NCBI GenBank assembly: GCA_050012755.1
Contig: JBEKGO010000011.1
Location: 1-55,907, forward strand
Length of the DNA stretch: 55,907 bases
Direction: 5' to 3'
DNA from: Candidatus Bathyarchaeia archaeon
GTDB taxonomy: Archaea; Thermoproteota; Bathyarchaeia; Bathyarchaeales; Bathycorpusculaceae
Part shown: positions 1 through 9,729 of the stretch, one piece after another
Position numbering within the stretch: position 1 is the first letter of the stretch
How the letters are laid out: each line of letters opens with the position of its first letter
The notes under the pieces: model-generated
What the model saw: only the letters and a program-made list of their open reading frames with translations
What the model was told of the DNA's origin: nothing
The model's database searches: none
Program-made: the position numbers and the translations under genes

Positions 1-211
<211 letters not shown>

Positions 212-344
212 AAGTAAAAAGCATGAAGAGTGCTTGACTGGAGGAGCAAGGAGAACATACGAACCCACAGAGGTACGTCAAAGCCCAATTAAGCATTAGC
301 AATATAGCCAAGGGTTAATTTCTTTTCTATTTCAAAAAAATTGA

Positions 345-854
345 TTATTCAGCTAGTGTTTTAGTGTAGTCCCAGATTTTGTCGCTTACGTAATGCTGCG
401 TTTTGACAATGGGTCCTTTTTTGGTTTGTCTTGCTGCGTCAGAATCCATGAGGCTTTCTCCCATTGCCAACGCTTTGCCAAACTTCATATCAACAACAAG
501 GACCAGTTCGCCTTTGTCGAATTCTCCTTCAATCCGCACTATGCCAGGAGCCATAACAGTTGCGCCCTTGCAAACATATGGAACTGCACCCATGTCAACC
601 ACTATTTTTGGCACCTTAGCCGTGAACTCGGTAAAGTGCAAGGTAGGCAAGGTTTTGTCGCCGACTTTGTAGAGGAACGGTTTTCCACCAATAAGGTAGA
701 TTTGGCCTACGTCTGATTCAACAACTTCGACGGTCGCTTTGCCGAAGAGTGCTTCCATGTCAAGTTTTAGAGTTTTTGAGGCTTCTTCTAAAATTTGTTT
801 TGCCTCTTTTGTTTTTAGGGGGTATCTGCGTGGTTTTGTCGGCATATTAGTCAC
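345..854 (-). CDS. PUA-domain RNA-binding protein (DUF1947/pre-PUA + PUA; MCT-1/Tma20-like)
   Basis: VVDMGAVPYVCKGATVMAPGI PUA signature and C-terminal HYVSDKIW; lies near LSm-L37e as in many archaea. Confidence 0.9.
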   Translation of the reverse strand: MTNMPTKPRRYPLKTKEAKQILEEASKTLKLDMEALFGKATVEVVESDVGQIYLIGGKPFLYKVGDKTLPTLHFTEFTAKVPKIVVDMGAVPYVCKGATVMAPGIVRIEGEFDKGELVLVVDMKFGKALAMGESLMDSDAARQTKKGPIVKTQHYVSDKIWDYTKTLAE

Positions 855-1449
855 TTTTTTGTTTCTTGTTACCTTTTAGTTTTTTTACTATTTTATCCGT
901 TTCCTTACCCACGTCTATTTTAAACATTATTAAAGTTATGATAACGGTCAAGACTATGGAGATGGCCATCATTTCTAAAGGACTAAATAATCCTGAAAAG
1001 TTAGCTTCAACCCAGCTGCCCAAAAATGCGCCTGCAACCGTAATAGTGATTTTCCCGAGGAAGTATGACAAGAAGAACTTTGGTGGGCTGTACTTCATAA
1101 GTCCCAGTGGTATAACGACAGGTTCATCTGGAATTGGGGTAGCGGCGACCAAGTATAGCAGCAGAAAGGCCCATCGTCTTATCTTTCCCGCTTCGATATC
1201 AAGTCGTTTTTGGCTTTTTTCGCTCAGGTGTCCGCTTACAAAGAAGGTTATTAGGTAGTGGATGCCTTTTGCGAGGGCTGCGGCAAGGGCTATGAGAAGA
1301 GCTATTGTAAGCAGTGCGGTTGCATCGGCGTTTACCATGCCGATAACTGCGGTGGATGCGATGAGAAGGTTTGAGGGGCCAAAAAAGGGTATCAGGTTTA
1401 AGCCAAAAGCAACCAGAAATGTAATGATGAATTCGATTGTAAACAGCAT
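847..1449 (-). CDS. DedA/VTT-like membrane protein
   Basis: Multiple hydrophobic segments; ATPIPDEPVVIPLGLMKYS..FFLSYFLGK motif typical of VTT/SNARE-associated domains. Confidence 0.7.
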   Translation of the reverse strand: MLFTIEFIITFLVAFGLNLIPFFGPSNLLIASTAVIGMVNADATALLTIALLIALAAALAKGIHYLITFFVSGHLSEKSQKRLDIEAGKIRRWAFLLLYLVAATPIPDEPVVIPLGLMKYSPPKFFLSYFLGKITITVAGAFLGSWVEANFSGLFSPLEMMAISIVLTVIITLIMFKIDVGKETDKIVKKLKGNKKQKSD

Positions 1450-1521
1450 ATACCCTTACCCGTTTTCTCCAGAAAATAGTCCATCGTCCCACTTATAAGT
1501 ACAAACAACCAAAACCCAAAA

Positions 1522-1615
1522 GTTCCAGACCTAAGCGCTGCAGCCTATTTGGGTCATGTAGTGAACCATGAGGCAGGCTGTTAGAGAGAAAGAAGCGACA
1601 GAACACGTTCCTGAC
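1522..1615 (+). ncRNA. Candidate structured small RNA upstream of LSm
   Basis: TATA-like TTATAAGTA at ~1493-1501; nested helices cgct/agcg, gcagcct/aggctgt and tcatg/catga in a GC-richer island with no ORF. Confidence 0.4.
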
Positions 1616-1759
1616 ATAACTGCTCAAAACTAATTTATGGACAAACCGCTTGCAGTAACACAGTTAACTTAACCTAACCAAGGCTGATAGATTCCCAGAT
1701 AGGTTTAAATGTGGAGAGTTCGGAGTATAGAAGAGATAAAGATACATGAGGATTCCAAT

Positions 1760-1987
1760 ATGAGCGAAATGACAACCGAAATCCTTGAACAAAACCTCGG
1801 CAAAGTCGTACTTGTACGGCTCAAAGGAGGAAAAAGTCTTCGGGGAAGACTGAAGGGTTTCGACCAACACTTAAACTTGGTTCTGGAAGAAACAGAAGAC
1901 ACAACAATGGTTGATAACCAAAAGAAATTGGGACTAATCATCGTTCGAGGAGACAACGTAGTCCTCATATCGCCTCCGCCTAGGTGA
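1760..1987 (+). CDS. LSm/Sm-like RNA-binding protein (SmAP1)
   Basis: Sm1 motif GRLKGFDQHLNLVL and Sm2 motif IIVRGDNVVLISP; start moved to ATG 1760. Confidence 0.95.
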   Translation: MSEMTTEILEQNLGKVVLVRLKGGKSLRGRLKGFDQHLNLVLEETEDTTMVDNQKKLGLIIVRGDNVVLISPPPR

Positions 1988-1992
1988 GTGCC

Positions 1993-2181
1993 ATGGGAAA
2001 AGGAACTCCATCAATGGGCAAACGCCAGGGCAAAACCGTCCATATTAAATGTAGGCGCTGCGGAAGACGAGCATACCATGTACGCCACAAGCGTTGTGGA
2101 GCATGCGGTTACGGCGAAACCACAACCATGCGGCATTATACTTGGATGCGTAAGACGCTTCAAAGAGTACGCGTCGTCTAA
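1993..2181 (+). CDS. rpl37e: 50S ribosomal protein L37e
   Basis: MGKGTPSMGKR..HIKCRRCGRRAYH..CGACGY zinc finger; SD AGGTGA upstream; follows LSm. Confidence 0.97.
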   Translation: MGKGTPSMGKRQGKTVHIKCRRCGRRAYHVRHKRCGACGYGETTTMRHYTWMRKTLQRVRVV

Positions 2182-2267
2182 ACACCATCTTTAACCAACA
2201 CAACTTCTACACAATTAATTTTCACTTTTTAACAAAGAATTAGCAACCCTGAACATAGTTTTCAAGC

Positions 2268-2290
2268 TTTAAATAAAATGTTTATTTAAA
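2268..2290. terminator. AT-rich inverted repeat between convergent genes
   Basis: TTTAAATAAA-atg-TTTATTTAAA, perfect 10-bp arms. Confidence 0.3.
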
Positions 2291-2311
2291 AGAAAAGAAG
2301 AATTGATTTTT

Positions 2312-2926
2312 CTATTGGTTTGGCGCATTATAATAGCCCTTGTCAATCTTTACAAAGATTAACGGACCCTTGCTTTGAGCCATCTCACGAGCCTTCCGCA
2401 ACGCCTCATTGAGCACAATGATGACTCTTTCTTGATCGCTAACGTCTTGAACCCGTTTTTCTCCAAGCTCCATCTTCAAGAGATTTTCAGACAAAATTTC
2501 CGTACCGCAAATTTCGCCGTTCTTAACAAGTGTAGTAATTACAATTTCCTGGAGCTCTTGTTTGTGTTCCAGTCGCTTCCAAATTGGTTCAGCGTTGCTG
2601 ATGGTTTTTGAAATTTTGCTCCATCTGTTAGCGTTTTGGTCACCTATTAGCAGCTTAACTCGTTCTTTCCATTTCTTAAACCAGATGCCAATCCAAATTG
2701 TCAAAAAAGCTTCCAGCTCCGAGGAATCTTCTTTGAAAAGATTTTCAAGCTTTTCAACGAGTTCACATTGATTTGCTTCTTTTCCCATTAAATTCCAGTG
2801 GAACTTAAGGTAATTAGTGAAATCCTGACAGGCAACCTGTAAAACTTTCCGGTCTGACCCCATTATATCAAGGGCAGGATCCGCCTCTTTCAGTTTCTCC
2901 CCTATCATTAATTCTACAAAGTTCAT
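2312..2926 (-). CDS. Hypothetical protein (helical)
   Basis: Long ORF with normal composition; start set at ATG 2926 (MNFVELM) rather than 2971; no motif recognised. Confidence 0.75.
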   Translation of the reverse strand: MNFVELMIGEKLKEADPALDIMGSDRKVLQVACQDFTNYLKFHWNLMGKEANQCELVEKLENLFKEDSSELEAFLTIWIGIWFKKWKERVKLLIGDQNANRWSKISKTISNAEPIWKRLEHKQELQEIVITTLVKNGEICGTEILSENLLKMELGEKRVQDVSDQERVIIVLNEALRKAREMAQSKGPLIFVKIDKGYYNAPNQ

Positions 2927-3060
2927 ACTGATTCCCACTCGAAGCCTTCTCCAATATTGATTAAAGATCATTCTTTTAATTAAACTTTGTTTCTACGGAG
3001 ACTTATAACTCCCTAAGAAGTTTCCAGCAATATTTCGAATCCTGATACGTCCCAAAAAAC

Positions 3061-3717
3061 TTATTTAATGTACGCTGGAAGTCCAGTAACATCCTTTAGA
3101 ATTAGATCTGGGCATTCTTTCACAAGTTCTTTGCATTTATACAGCCCAGACAAAACCGCAACGGTTGCTGCTCCAGCAGCCTTTCCAGCCCGCACATCAT
3201 TAACAGAATCGCCTGCGATGATGCAAGTACACATCTCAACATCAAGAGCCTCAACACATTTTATTAACGCTTCAGGAGAAGGCTTAGGTTTAGTAGTATC
3301 CATCGCCGTTATAACATGAGTAAAATATTTTGATATGCCAAAGCACTCTAACTCTTTTATGATGGCTTCTGACGGAACATGTCGCATGGTTATCAAGGCA
3401 AGTTTAGCTTTCTGTGACAGCATCTCAAGTGTCTTTGAGACGTTAGGGATAAGTTTGGTTTTTTCTTGGCTGATTGAATAGAACGTTTGATAGTATATTT
3501 TTAGAAATTTTTTGGAGTCACTGTTAATGATATCCCCTATTGTTAGACCTTGCTCAAGTCTTTTGGGAATTTCTAAGGCAACTTTATTTTTTGGGGGTTT
3601 TTGCCCGATGGCTTGGAATGCTATTTTGGCGGCTGCTATATAGGCTACTTTGGAGTCAACTATTGTGCCGTCTAAATCCAAGAAAATGCCTTTTACTTTT
3701 AATTCGTTTACGTTCAT
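3061..3717 (-). CDS. HAD-superfamily hydrolase (phosphoglycolate phosphatase-like)
   Basis: Motif I DLDGTIVDS, KPKPSP, GDSVNDVRAGKAAG. Confidence 0.92.
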   Translation of the reverse strand: MNVNELKVKGIFLDLDGTIVDSKVAYIAAAKIAFQAIGQKPPKNKVALEIPKRLEQGLTIGDIINSDSKKFLKIYYQTFYSISQEKTKLIPNVSKTLEMLSQKAKLALITMRHVPSEAIIKELECFGISKYFTHVITAMDTTKPKPSPEALIKCVEALDVEMCTCIIAGDSVNDVRAGKAAGAATVAVLSGLYKCKELVKECPDLILKDVTGLPAYIK

Positions 3718-3802
3718 GAGATGTCTCTTGCCCTTGAGAGGCTACGTCTTATTTCATAAATGTTTCTCAAAAAATTGAAGAATTAACTTTAATGTAAGTC
3801 TT

Positions 3803-3832
3803 CTATATAGATTATGAAGAGAATCTATATAG
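3803..3832. promoter_or_regulatory. Inverted-repeat operator (two CTATATAG cores), candidate Pho box
   Basis: CTATATAGATT-N8-AATCTATATAG, perfect 11-bp arms, between the divergent HAD gene and a small ORF. Confidence 0.55.
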
Positions 3833-3882
3833 GCGCCCATGGACAATCTCTATTTTGAATATGTGGAAGAGGTGAAAAAAGA

Positions 3883-4056
3883 ATGCTCTCACGAGATTGT
3901 GACGGCTGCTCCAAACTTAAAGAATGTAGTAAACGGTACCAAAAAGCTTCGAAAGGTGACAAAGTTTACTGCCCTGACGGAACTGCTCATCTGATTGACA
4001 GTTACAGCATTAATCCGAGCCCTGAAGTAATATGTTTCTTTGAAGCGTTTCAATGA
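3883..4056 (+). CDS. Small Cys-rich putative metal-binding protein (57 aa, absent from ORF track)
   Basis: SD GAGGTGA 7 nt before ATG; MLSRDCDGCSKLKECSKRYQKASKGDKVYCPDGTAHLID...; CxxC-x5-C...C-x5-H. Confidence 0.7.
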   Translation: MLSRDCDGCSKLKECSKRYQKASKGDKVYCPDGTAHLIDSYSINPSPEVICFFEAFQ

Positions 4057-4187
4057 TCTAACTGCTTACCTAAGCTTCTCAGGCGTGGAAAAGGCCAACA
4101 AAAATAAATCGCGTTTTTTATTTTAACCCCTCAAAACAGAGTTAATTATTTTGCTGAAAGATTCAGGTCTCGATAGATGAAGAAAGA

Positions 4188-5237
4188 CTAAGTGAGAACT
4201 GAATCAACGTTTAAATTAAGCACAACTTCGGAAATGTCACTCGCGTATTCCGCTGTTCGCCTCACACTTTCAATGACTAGCCTCAAGTTGACTACTTCTT
4301 CGATTTTGACATTTTGCAAGCAAATGACGGTTTCTTTCTCTAATTTGTGGACTTGGCTGAGCTTTTCAATAACGCTTTCTGCCAGATTAAAATCATGCCT
4401 AAATAATGCATCCATTGAATTCTCAAACATTGAATTAGCCAATCCACTTAATTGTTCTATTTTCTGTAAAACGTCTTCGTTTACTAGTTCTTTTAATAGT
4501 AGCGTATTTTCAGCGATTTTAGTTGCATGGTCTGCAGTTCTTTCAACAGCTTTCCCTATAAGCCTGTAACCTAAACAGTCTTTTTGGCTGTTCAACCCGA
4601 TTTCTTTTACAATTCTTGGATTTGAAACGGCCAACTTCAATAGCCGAACGATGTAAAGTCCGAATCGGTTAACTTCACGGTCCGTTTCAATTACTGATTT
4701 AGCAGTGGAATAATCCAGTTTTTTAAGCGCAGTTATAGCTTCTTTGTGCATGGATGAAGCAATTATGGACATTCGACTTAGAGCATTTTGAACTGTGAGT
4801 TCAGGATAATTAAGCAAAACCTGCAGAGTCAAATCAGTGGGGGTGTCTATTACAATTTCTGTTCCAACTAAATAGTGCCTGGCGAAATTTTTGAGGTGAT
4901 TTCGAAGTTTTGAGGACAACACTTTTTGTCCCTGTGCTCTAATATGCAAAATGTTGTATCCGTCCAAATAAGCGGAGATTGCAGTTCGCATGATTGCGTC
5001 CGGGTTGTCATTTATTGATGATTTGATGTAGGCTTCGTCTTGTTTTTCTTTTTTTGGAAAACTTGAAGGTGCTATTGACAGTGAGCCATCGTCTTCTTCG
5101 CGGACTAGCATTGAGCTTCCTCTTTTGAGTTCGTTTCTTATAGCCCAATTTTTGGGCAGCGAAAGTATGAATGTTGATCCGCCTGTTACCTGAAGTTTGC
5201 GCTGTTCCTCGCTTACTTTTTCGACTTCCTTGGTCAC
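4188..5237 (-). CDS. phoU: Phosphate uptake regulator: AbrB-type DNA-binding domain plus two PhoU domains
   Basis: RKLQVTGGSTFILSLPKNW AbrB motif; ETDREVN, VERTADHA and RRTAEYASDISE PhoU repeats; divergent from the pst operon. Confidence 0.9.
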   Translation of the reverse strand: MTKEVEKVSEEQRKLQVTGGSTFILSLPKNWAIRNELKRGSSMLVREEDDGSLSIAPSSFPKKEKQDEAYIKSSINDNPDAIMRTAISAYLDGYNILHIRAQGQKVLSSKLRNHLKNFARHYLVGTEIVIDTPTDLTLQVLLNYPELTVQNALSRMSIIASSMHKEAITALKKLDYSTAKSVIETDREVNRFGLYIVRLLKLAVSNPRIVKEIGLNSQKDCLGYRLIGKAVERTADHATKIAENTLLLKELVNEDVLQKIEQLSGLANSMFENSMDALFRHDFNLAESVIEKLSQVHKLEKETVICLQNVKIEEVVNLRLVIESVRRTAEYASDISEVVLNLNVDSVLT

Positions 5238-5662
5238 ACACTTATCTCCCAGATAGCTTTTCTATGTGCTCTCATTATATTAGTTATATCTATATAGACT
5301 ATAAATTTTATTGAGACTTGCTATATAAAAAACATGGCATAACGATAAGACTAGAAACTTAGCTATAAAATATAAAAACTAAATAACTGAAGGATAATAT
5401 TTTATGTTCTCATCAATTCCCGATACTCTCCTTAACATATTAACCATGCTTTTTTCTTTGTGTCTGAATTTCTTGCCTCTGCATTTGTCTTTTTGGGGGT
5501 ACTTTAATGTTTACGCAATAGATGTTTTCATTGTTTTTAATCTTGCACGCTACGGGTAGTATGACTATGCATGTATTTTCCATTTTATATATAGTATATA
5601 GTGTTTATAGAGAGTACCCTCATATAACAAAACACTAAATAGCCTTTGTTGGAAGGAAAAAA

Positions 5663-6991
5663 ATGAAAAGTACATATATAATTATTGCAGCAATCGTCGT
5701 AATCATTATCGTCATAGGCGGCGTCTTTGCTTATATTTCCTTGTCATCTTCGTCGACGCCATCGCCTACTCCTACTCCAACACCAACAGCATCACCTACG
5801 TCCTCGCCAACTTCGTCTCCAACCTCGTCTCCAACCTCATCTCCAACTTCAACCCCAACTTCAACGCCTACCCCGACTGCCACCCCCACACCAACTGCAA
5901 CGCCGTCACCAACTCCAACGCCAACATTATCGCCTGCAACCCTCAATGGGGCAGGAGGCACACTTGTCGCCCCGCTAATGTCAGTTTGGCAACCAGCATA
6001 TCAACAAGTCATACCCCAAATAACAGTTAACTACAACCCAGTTGGAAGCGGAGCCGGAATTACTCAGTTCACACAGCGAATAGTTGATTTCGGCGAATCT
6101 GATGCACCAATGACCGCAGCACAGTACTCAGGGCTTCCATCAGGCACCACCGCTCTTACTATACCAATATCTGCTAGTGCAGTAGTACCAGCATACAACT
6201 TGAAACTTGTTAACGGTTCAGCTTGCCAGAATGGCCTCAATTTCACAGGGACAGTCTTAGCAAACATTTTCTTAGGCAGCATAACCACATGGAACGACCC
6301 AGCTATCCAAGCACTGCAAAGCCCATCAGTAGCAGCTCAATTGCCAAGTACAACAATAACCACAGTTCACCGATCTGACGGAAGCGGAACTATGTTCGCT
6401 TTCGTTGATTTCCTAGGTAAATCGAGCAGCACATGGCTATCCCAAGTTGGAGCACCAAGCACATCACCAAGTTGGCCATCTGCTCCAGCTCAAATAGCAG
6501 CTCCCAAAAATGCTGGTGTAGCAGGCGCCATTTCTACAAAAGATGGTGCGATCGGTCCGCTTGAAATTGCCTATATACTTGAAAACACAGGTCAAACTTC
6601 TCTCTATTACGGCACCGTTCAAAATTCCGCAGGCACCTACGTCTTAGCTAATGTGACAAACATTGCAGCCGCGCTTCAAGCAGGAGCATCTACCGGTCTT
6701 CCGGCTGGAAATGCCTCATGGACAGGTGTCTCGATAGTCGACAACGTATATGGAAATACAACAGCCACCACAGTCTACCCGATTGTAACGATGACTTACG
6801 CTTTGATATATCAAGCACAAACTAGCTTAACACAAGGTGCAGCTCTCGTCAACTTTATGTCATGGATCGTGAACTCAGGCCAAAACTTAGGAACAGGCTT
6901 AGGCTACGTCCCATTGCCCGCTAACATAGTCGCTGTTGACAACGCAACATTCAAGTTAGTAACATACAACGGAACGCCAATTCTACACTAG
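5663..6991 (+). CDS. pstS: Phosphate ABC transporter substrate-binding protein with N-terminal TM anchor and S/T/P linker
   Basis: GAGGT, YNPVGSGAG, DFGESD, HRSDGSGT motifs; first gene of the pst operon. Confidence 0.95.
   Translation: MKSTYIIIAAIVVIIIVIGGVFAYISLSSSSTPSPTPTPTPTASPTSSPTSSPTSSPTSSPTSTPTSTPTPTATPTPTATPSPTPTPTLSPATLNGAGGTLVAPLMSVWQPAYQQVIPQITVNYNPVGSGAGITQFTQRIVDFGESDAPMTAAQYSGLPSGTTALTIPISASAVVPAYNLKLVNGSACQNGLNFTGTVLANIFLGSITTWNDPAIQALQSPSVAAQLPSTTITTVHRSDGSGTMFAFVDFLGKSSSTWLSQVGAPSTSPSWPSAPAQIAAPKNAGVAGAISTKDGAIGPLEIAYILENTGQTSLYYGTVQNSAGTYVLANVTNIAAALQAGASTGLPAGNASWTGVSIVDNVYGNTTATTVYPIVTMTYALIYQAQTSLTQGAALVNFMSWIVNSGQNLGTGLGYVPLPANIVAVDNATFKLVTYNGTPILH
5750..5935 (+). repeat. 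Low-complexity coding repeats (SPTS / PT) in the PstS linker
   Basis: 12-bp and 6-bp periodic units encoding SPTSSPTS...TPTPTATPTP. Confidence 0.85.
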
Positions 6992-7051
6992 AATTTAATA
7001 GGATATTATTCCCTTATTTTTTTTTGTATTAACCAAAAATATTGAGGCACT

Positions 7052-7987
7052 ATGAAGTTGCGATTAAGACTGCCAAGAGGAGACACAGTACTAAAAATCG
7101 TTCTTGTTGCAGCTGCTCTATTCATTATAGGTATTGTTTTAGGACTTGCGGTCGAACTTTATCTTGGCTCTGCCCAGTCAATTAGTAAGTTTGGATTTAA
7201 TTTTTTGGTTGGAACGAAGTGGCGACCAACTCAGAATGTTCTTGGCGCCTTACCCTTTATCTACGGAACATTGTTAACATCGGCGATTGCTATTGTCATA
7301 GGCTTCCCTATTAGTCTGGGAGTAGCAGTCTTTATCTCTGAGAAACTAAAAAGCCACCTAACTGTTGGATATGCGTTAGGCACAATTGTTGACCTTTTAG
7401 CAGCAGTCCCTAGCGTTATTTACGGTCTATGGGGTGTGTTTGTACTAATTCCTCTTTTACGAGATCATGTTGAAGTCCCTTTGCATAAAACTCTTGGCTT
7501 CATTCCCTTATTCTCGGGGAATCCTTTTGGATACGATTTTTTTACAGCGGGAGTCATCTTAGCTATAATGATTATTCCAACAATGTCAGCAGTTACAAGA
7601 GACGTTTTAAGTGTTGTTCCCAATAGTCAGCGAGAAGCAATGTACTCGCTTGGCGCTACAGATTGGGAGGTTACCCAAAAAAGTGTCTTGCCCTATGCTC
7701 GATCAGGCATATTTGGTGCCTTCATTTTGGGGCTAGGACGCGCTTTCGGCGAAACGATGGCTGTAACAATGGTGATTGGCAACATTCCAAGCATTAGTAC
7801 CAATTTGTTCTCGGCCGGCGCCACTCTATCATCACTAATAGCAAACGAATTCGGCGAATCTTCAGGAGTTTATCAATCCGCTGTAATCGAAATAGGATTA
7901 ATATTGTTTTTTGTAGCTTTATTAGTTAACTTTCTTGCTCGATTTCTGCTTTGGAGGATGACTCGTGGAACACGAGCCAAGAGCTGA
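7052..7987 (+). CDS. pstC: Phosphate ABC transporter permease
   Basis: LAAVPSVIYGLWG, EAA loop REAMYSLGA, GRAFGETMAV. Confidence 0.96.
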   Translation: MKLRLRLPRGDTVLKIVLVAAALFIIGIVLGLAVELYLGSAQSISKFGFNFLVGTKWRPTQNVLGALPFIYGTLLTSAIAIVIGFPISLGVAVFISEKLKSHLTVGYALGTIVDLLAAVPSVIYGLWGVFVLIPLLRDHVEVPLHKTLGFIPLFSGNPFGYDFFTAGVILAIMIIPTMSAVTRDVLSVVPNSQREAMYSLGATDWEVTQKSVLPYARSGIFGAFILGLGRAFGETMAVTMVIGNIPSISTNLFSAGATLSSLIANEFGESSGVYQSAVIEIGLILFFVALLVNFLARFLLWRMTRGTRAKS

Positions 7988-8000
7988 AGGGGCTAAAGTA

Positions 8001-8876
8001 ATGATAAAATCTAATCTGCCTACGGGTATTTCACTCTGGCGAAAGATCCTTAACAAATTAATGACAATACTGATAATAGTGACCGTAGTTCTAGCTATAA
8101 TACCCCTCTTGCTCATACTTGGAGACGTTTTCATGCGAGGGGCACCAGCTATAAGCATAGGGTTCCTAACCAAATTACCTACCGCACCAAATGTTCCTGG
8201 CGGAGGAATAGCCAATGCAATAGTGGGAACTTTTACAATGGTAGGTATTGCCTCCCTTATCTCCGTACCAATTGGTATTGGAGCAGGCATTTATTTTTCA
8301 GAATGGTCTTCGTCTAAGCTTTCCACAGTTTCAGGCTTTATGAATGATGTTCTTACTGGTTTTCCTTCAATTGTGTTGGGATTGTTCGTTTTCGTTGTAA
8401 TTGTCTTAACTACCAAACAGTTTTCTGCTTTTGCAGCCGGTGTTGCACTTAGTCTTGTAATGCTTCCAATCATCGCAAGGACAACAAGCGAATCTCTAAA
8501 GCTTGTTCCTACGACCCTAAGAGAAGCCTCTCTAGCTCTCGGGATTCCCACATGGAAAACCGTACTTAGAATAGTTATCAGCACTGGGAAAAATGGGCTT
8601 TTAACTGGTATTTTGTTGGCTGTGGCGCGAGCGACAGGAGAGACAGCTCCTATTCTATTAACGGCATCAACAAGCGTTTATTTTGCAAAAAGTATTTTTC
8701 AGCCAACGGCTTCATTAACAGTCCTTATTTATAATTACGGTACTTCTGCTTCAAGAATTTGGCAAACTCAGGCATGGGGAGCGGCTTTAGTCCTGATACT
8801 TATTATGCTTGGGTTGAATCTTTTGGTTAAGCTCACAGTAGGTAGAAATCTAGCAGGAAAAAGAGTGGAGATGTAG
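8001..8876 (+). CDS. pstA: Phosphate ABC transporter permease
   Basis: GFPSIVLGLF, REASLALG, ARATGETAP; start set at ATG 8001. Confidence 0.95.
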   Translation: MIKSNLPTGISLWRKILNKLMTILIIVTVVLAIIPLLLILGDVFMRGAPAISIGFLTKLPTAPNVPGGGIANAIVGTFTMVGIASLISVPIGIGAGIYFSEWSSSKLSTVSGFMNDVLTGFPSIVLGLFVFVVIVLTTKQFSAFAAGVALSLVMLPIIARTTSESLKLVPTTLREASLALGIPTWKTVLRIVISTGKNGLLTGILLAVARATGETAPILLTASTSVYFAKSIFQPTASLTVLIYNYGTSASRIWQTQAWGAALVLILIMLGLNLLVKLTVGRNLAGKRVEM

Positions 8877-8935
8877 AGCAATGACTAAAAAATCAATAGG
8901 CTTAATACAAAAACATGTTACGAGGAACAAAAAAA

Positions 8936-9721
8936 ATGACCGACGATAAGAACTTGGATTTATCAGCGGTTAAGTTAGCAACAAAGGATTTGAAAGCCAG
9001 ATTTGGAAAACTACAGGTTCTGAAGGGCATCAACCTAACTTTCCCTGAAAATAGGGTAACAGCTATTATGGGACCTTCTGGATGTGGAAAAACCACTTTG
9101 ATAAGATGCCTCAACCGAATTCATGAGTTAACTCCAAATGCAAAAGTCGAAGGAGAGGTCATTTTGGACGGAGTAAACATTTATTCTTCCCAAGTTGATC
9201 CTGTCGCGATACGCAGAAGAATAGGCATGGTTTTCCAGAAAGCCAATCCTTTCCCTACAATGTCAATCTATGATAATGCGGTAGCGGGTTTGAAACTTGC
9301 TGGAGTGAGAAACAAAGAACTTCTAGATGGCATGACAGAAAAGAGTCTTCGAATGGCTTTCCTGTGGGATGAAGTAAAAGATGATCTTAAGAAATCAGGC
9401 ACTGACTTGTCTGGGGGACAACAACAGAGACTATGCATAGCACGTGCTCTTGCCGTTGAACCGGAAGTTCTTCTAATGGATGAACCCTGCTCAGCTCTTG
9501 ACCCCATCGCTACAGCCAAAATTGAAGAGTCTATTGCGTCGCTTAAGAAGGACTTTACGATTGTAATCGTTACCCACAATTTGCAGCAGGCTGCGCGTGT
9601 TTCTGACTACACCGCTTTCATGTATTTGGGGCAACTCATAGAGTTTGGACCGACGAAAGACATTTTTGAGCGTCCCAGTAACCCGCTAACAGAGAAATAT
9701 ATAACTGGAGAATTCGGATAA
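8936..9721 (+). CDS. pstB: Phosphate ABC transporter ATP-binding protein
   Basis: Walker [19 protein letters not shown], Walker B LLMDEP, C-terminal YITGEFG. Confidence 0.97.
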   Translation: MTDDKNLDLSAVKLATKDLKARFGKLQVLKGINLTFPENRVTAIMGPSGCGKTTLIRCLNRIHELTPNAKVEGEVILDGVNIYSSQVDPVAIRRRIGMVFQKANPFPTMSIYDNAVAGLKLAGVRNKELLDGMTEKSLRMAFLWDEVKDDLKKSGTDLSGGQQQRLCIARALAVEPEVLLMDEPCSALDPIATAKIEESIASLKKDFTIVIVTHNLQQAARVSDYTAFMYLGQLIEFGPTKDIFERPSNPLTEKYITGEFG

Positions 9722-9729
9722 AGAGATGG

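Noticed and set aside
1533-1580. Resemblance to an SAH riboswitch (AGCGCTGCA...CAGGCT)
   Set aside because: Lacks the GAGGAG 5' context and the downstream pseudoknot strand; the downstream gene is unrelated to SAH
8881-8949. Programmed frameshift at the A-run before pstB
   Set aside because: pstB has its own SD and ATG at 8936 and is complete without any shift
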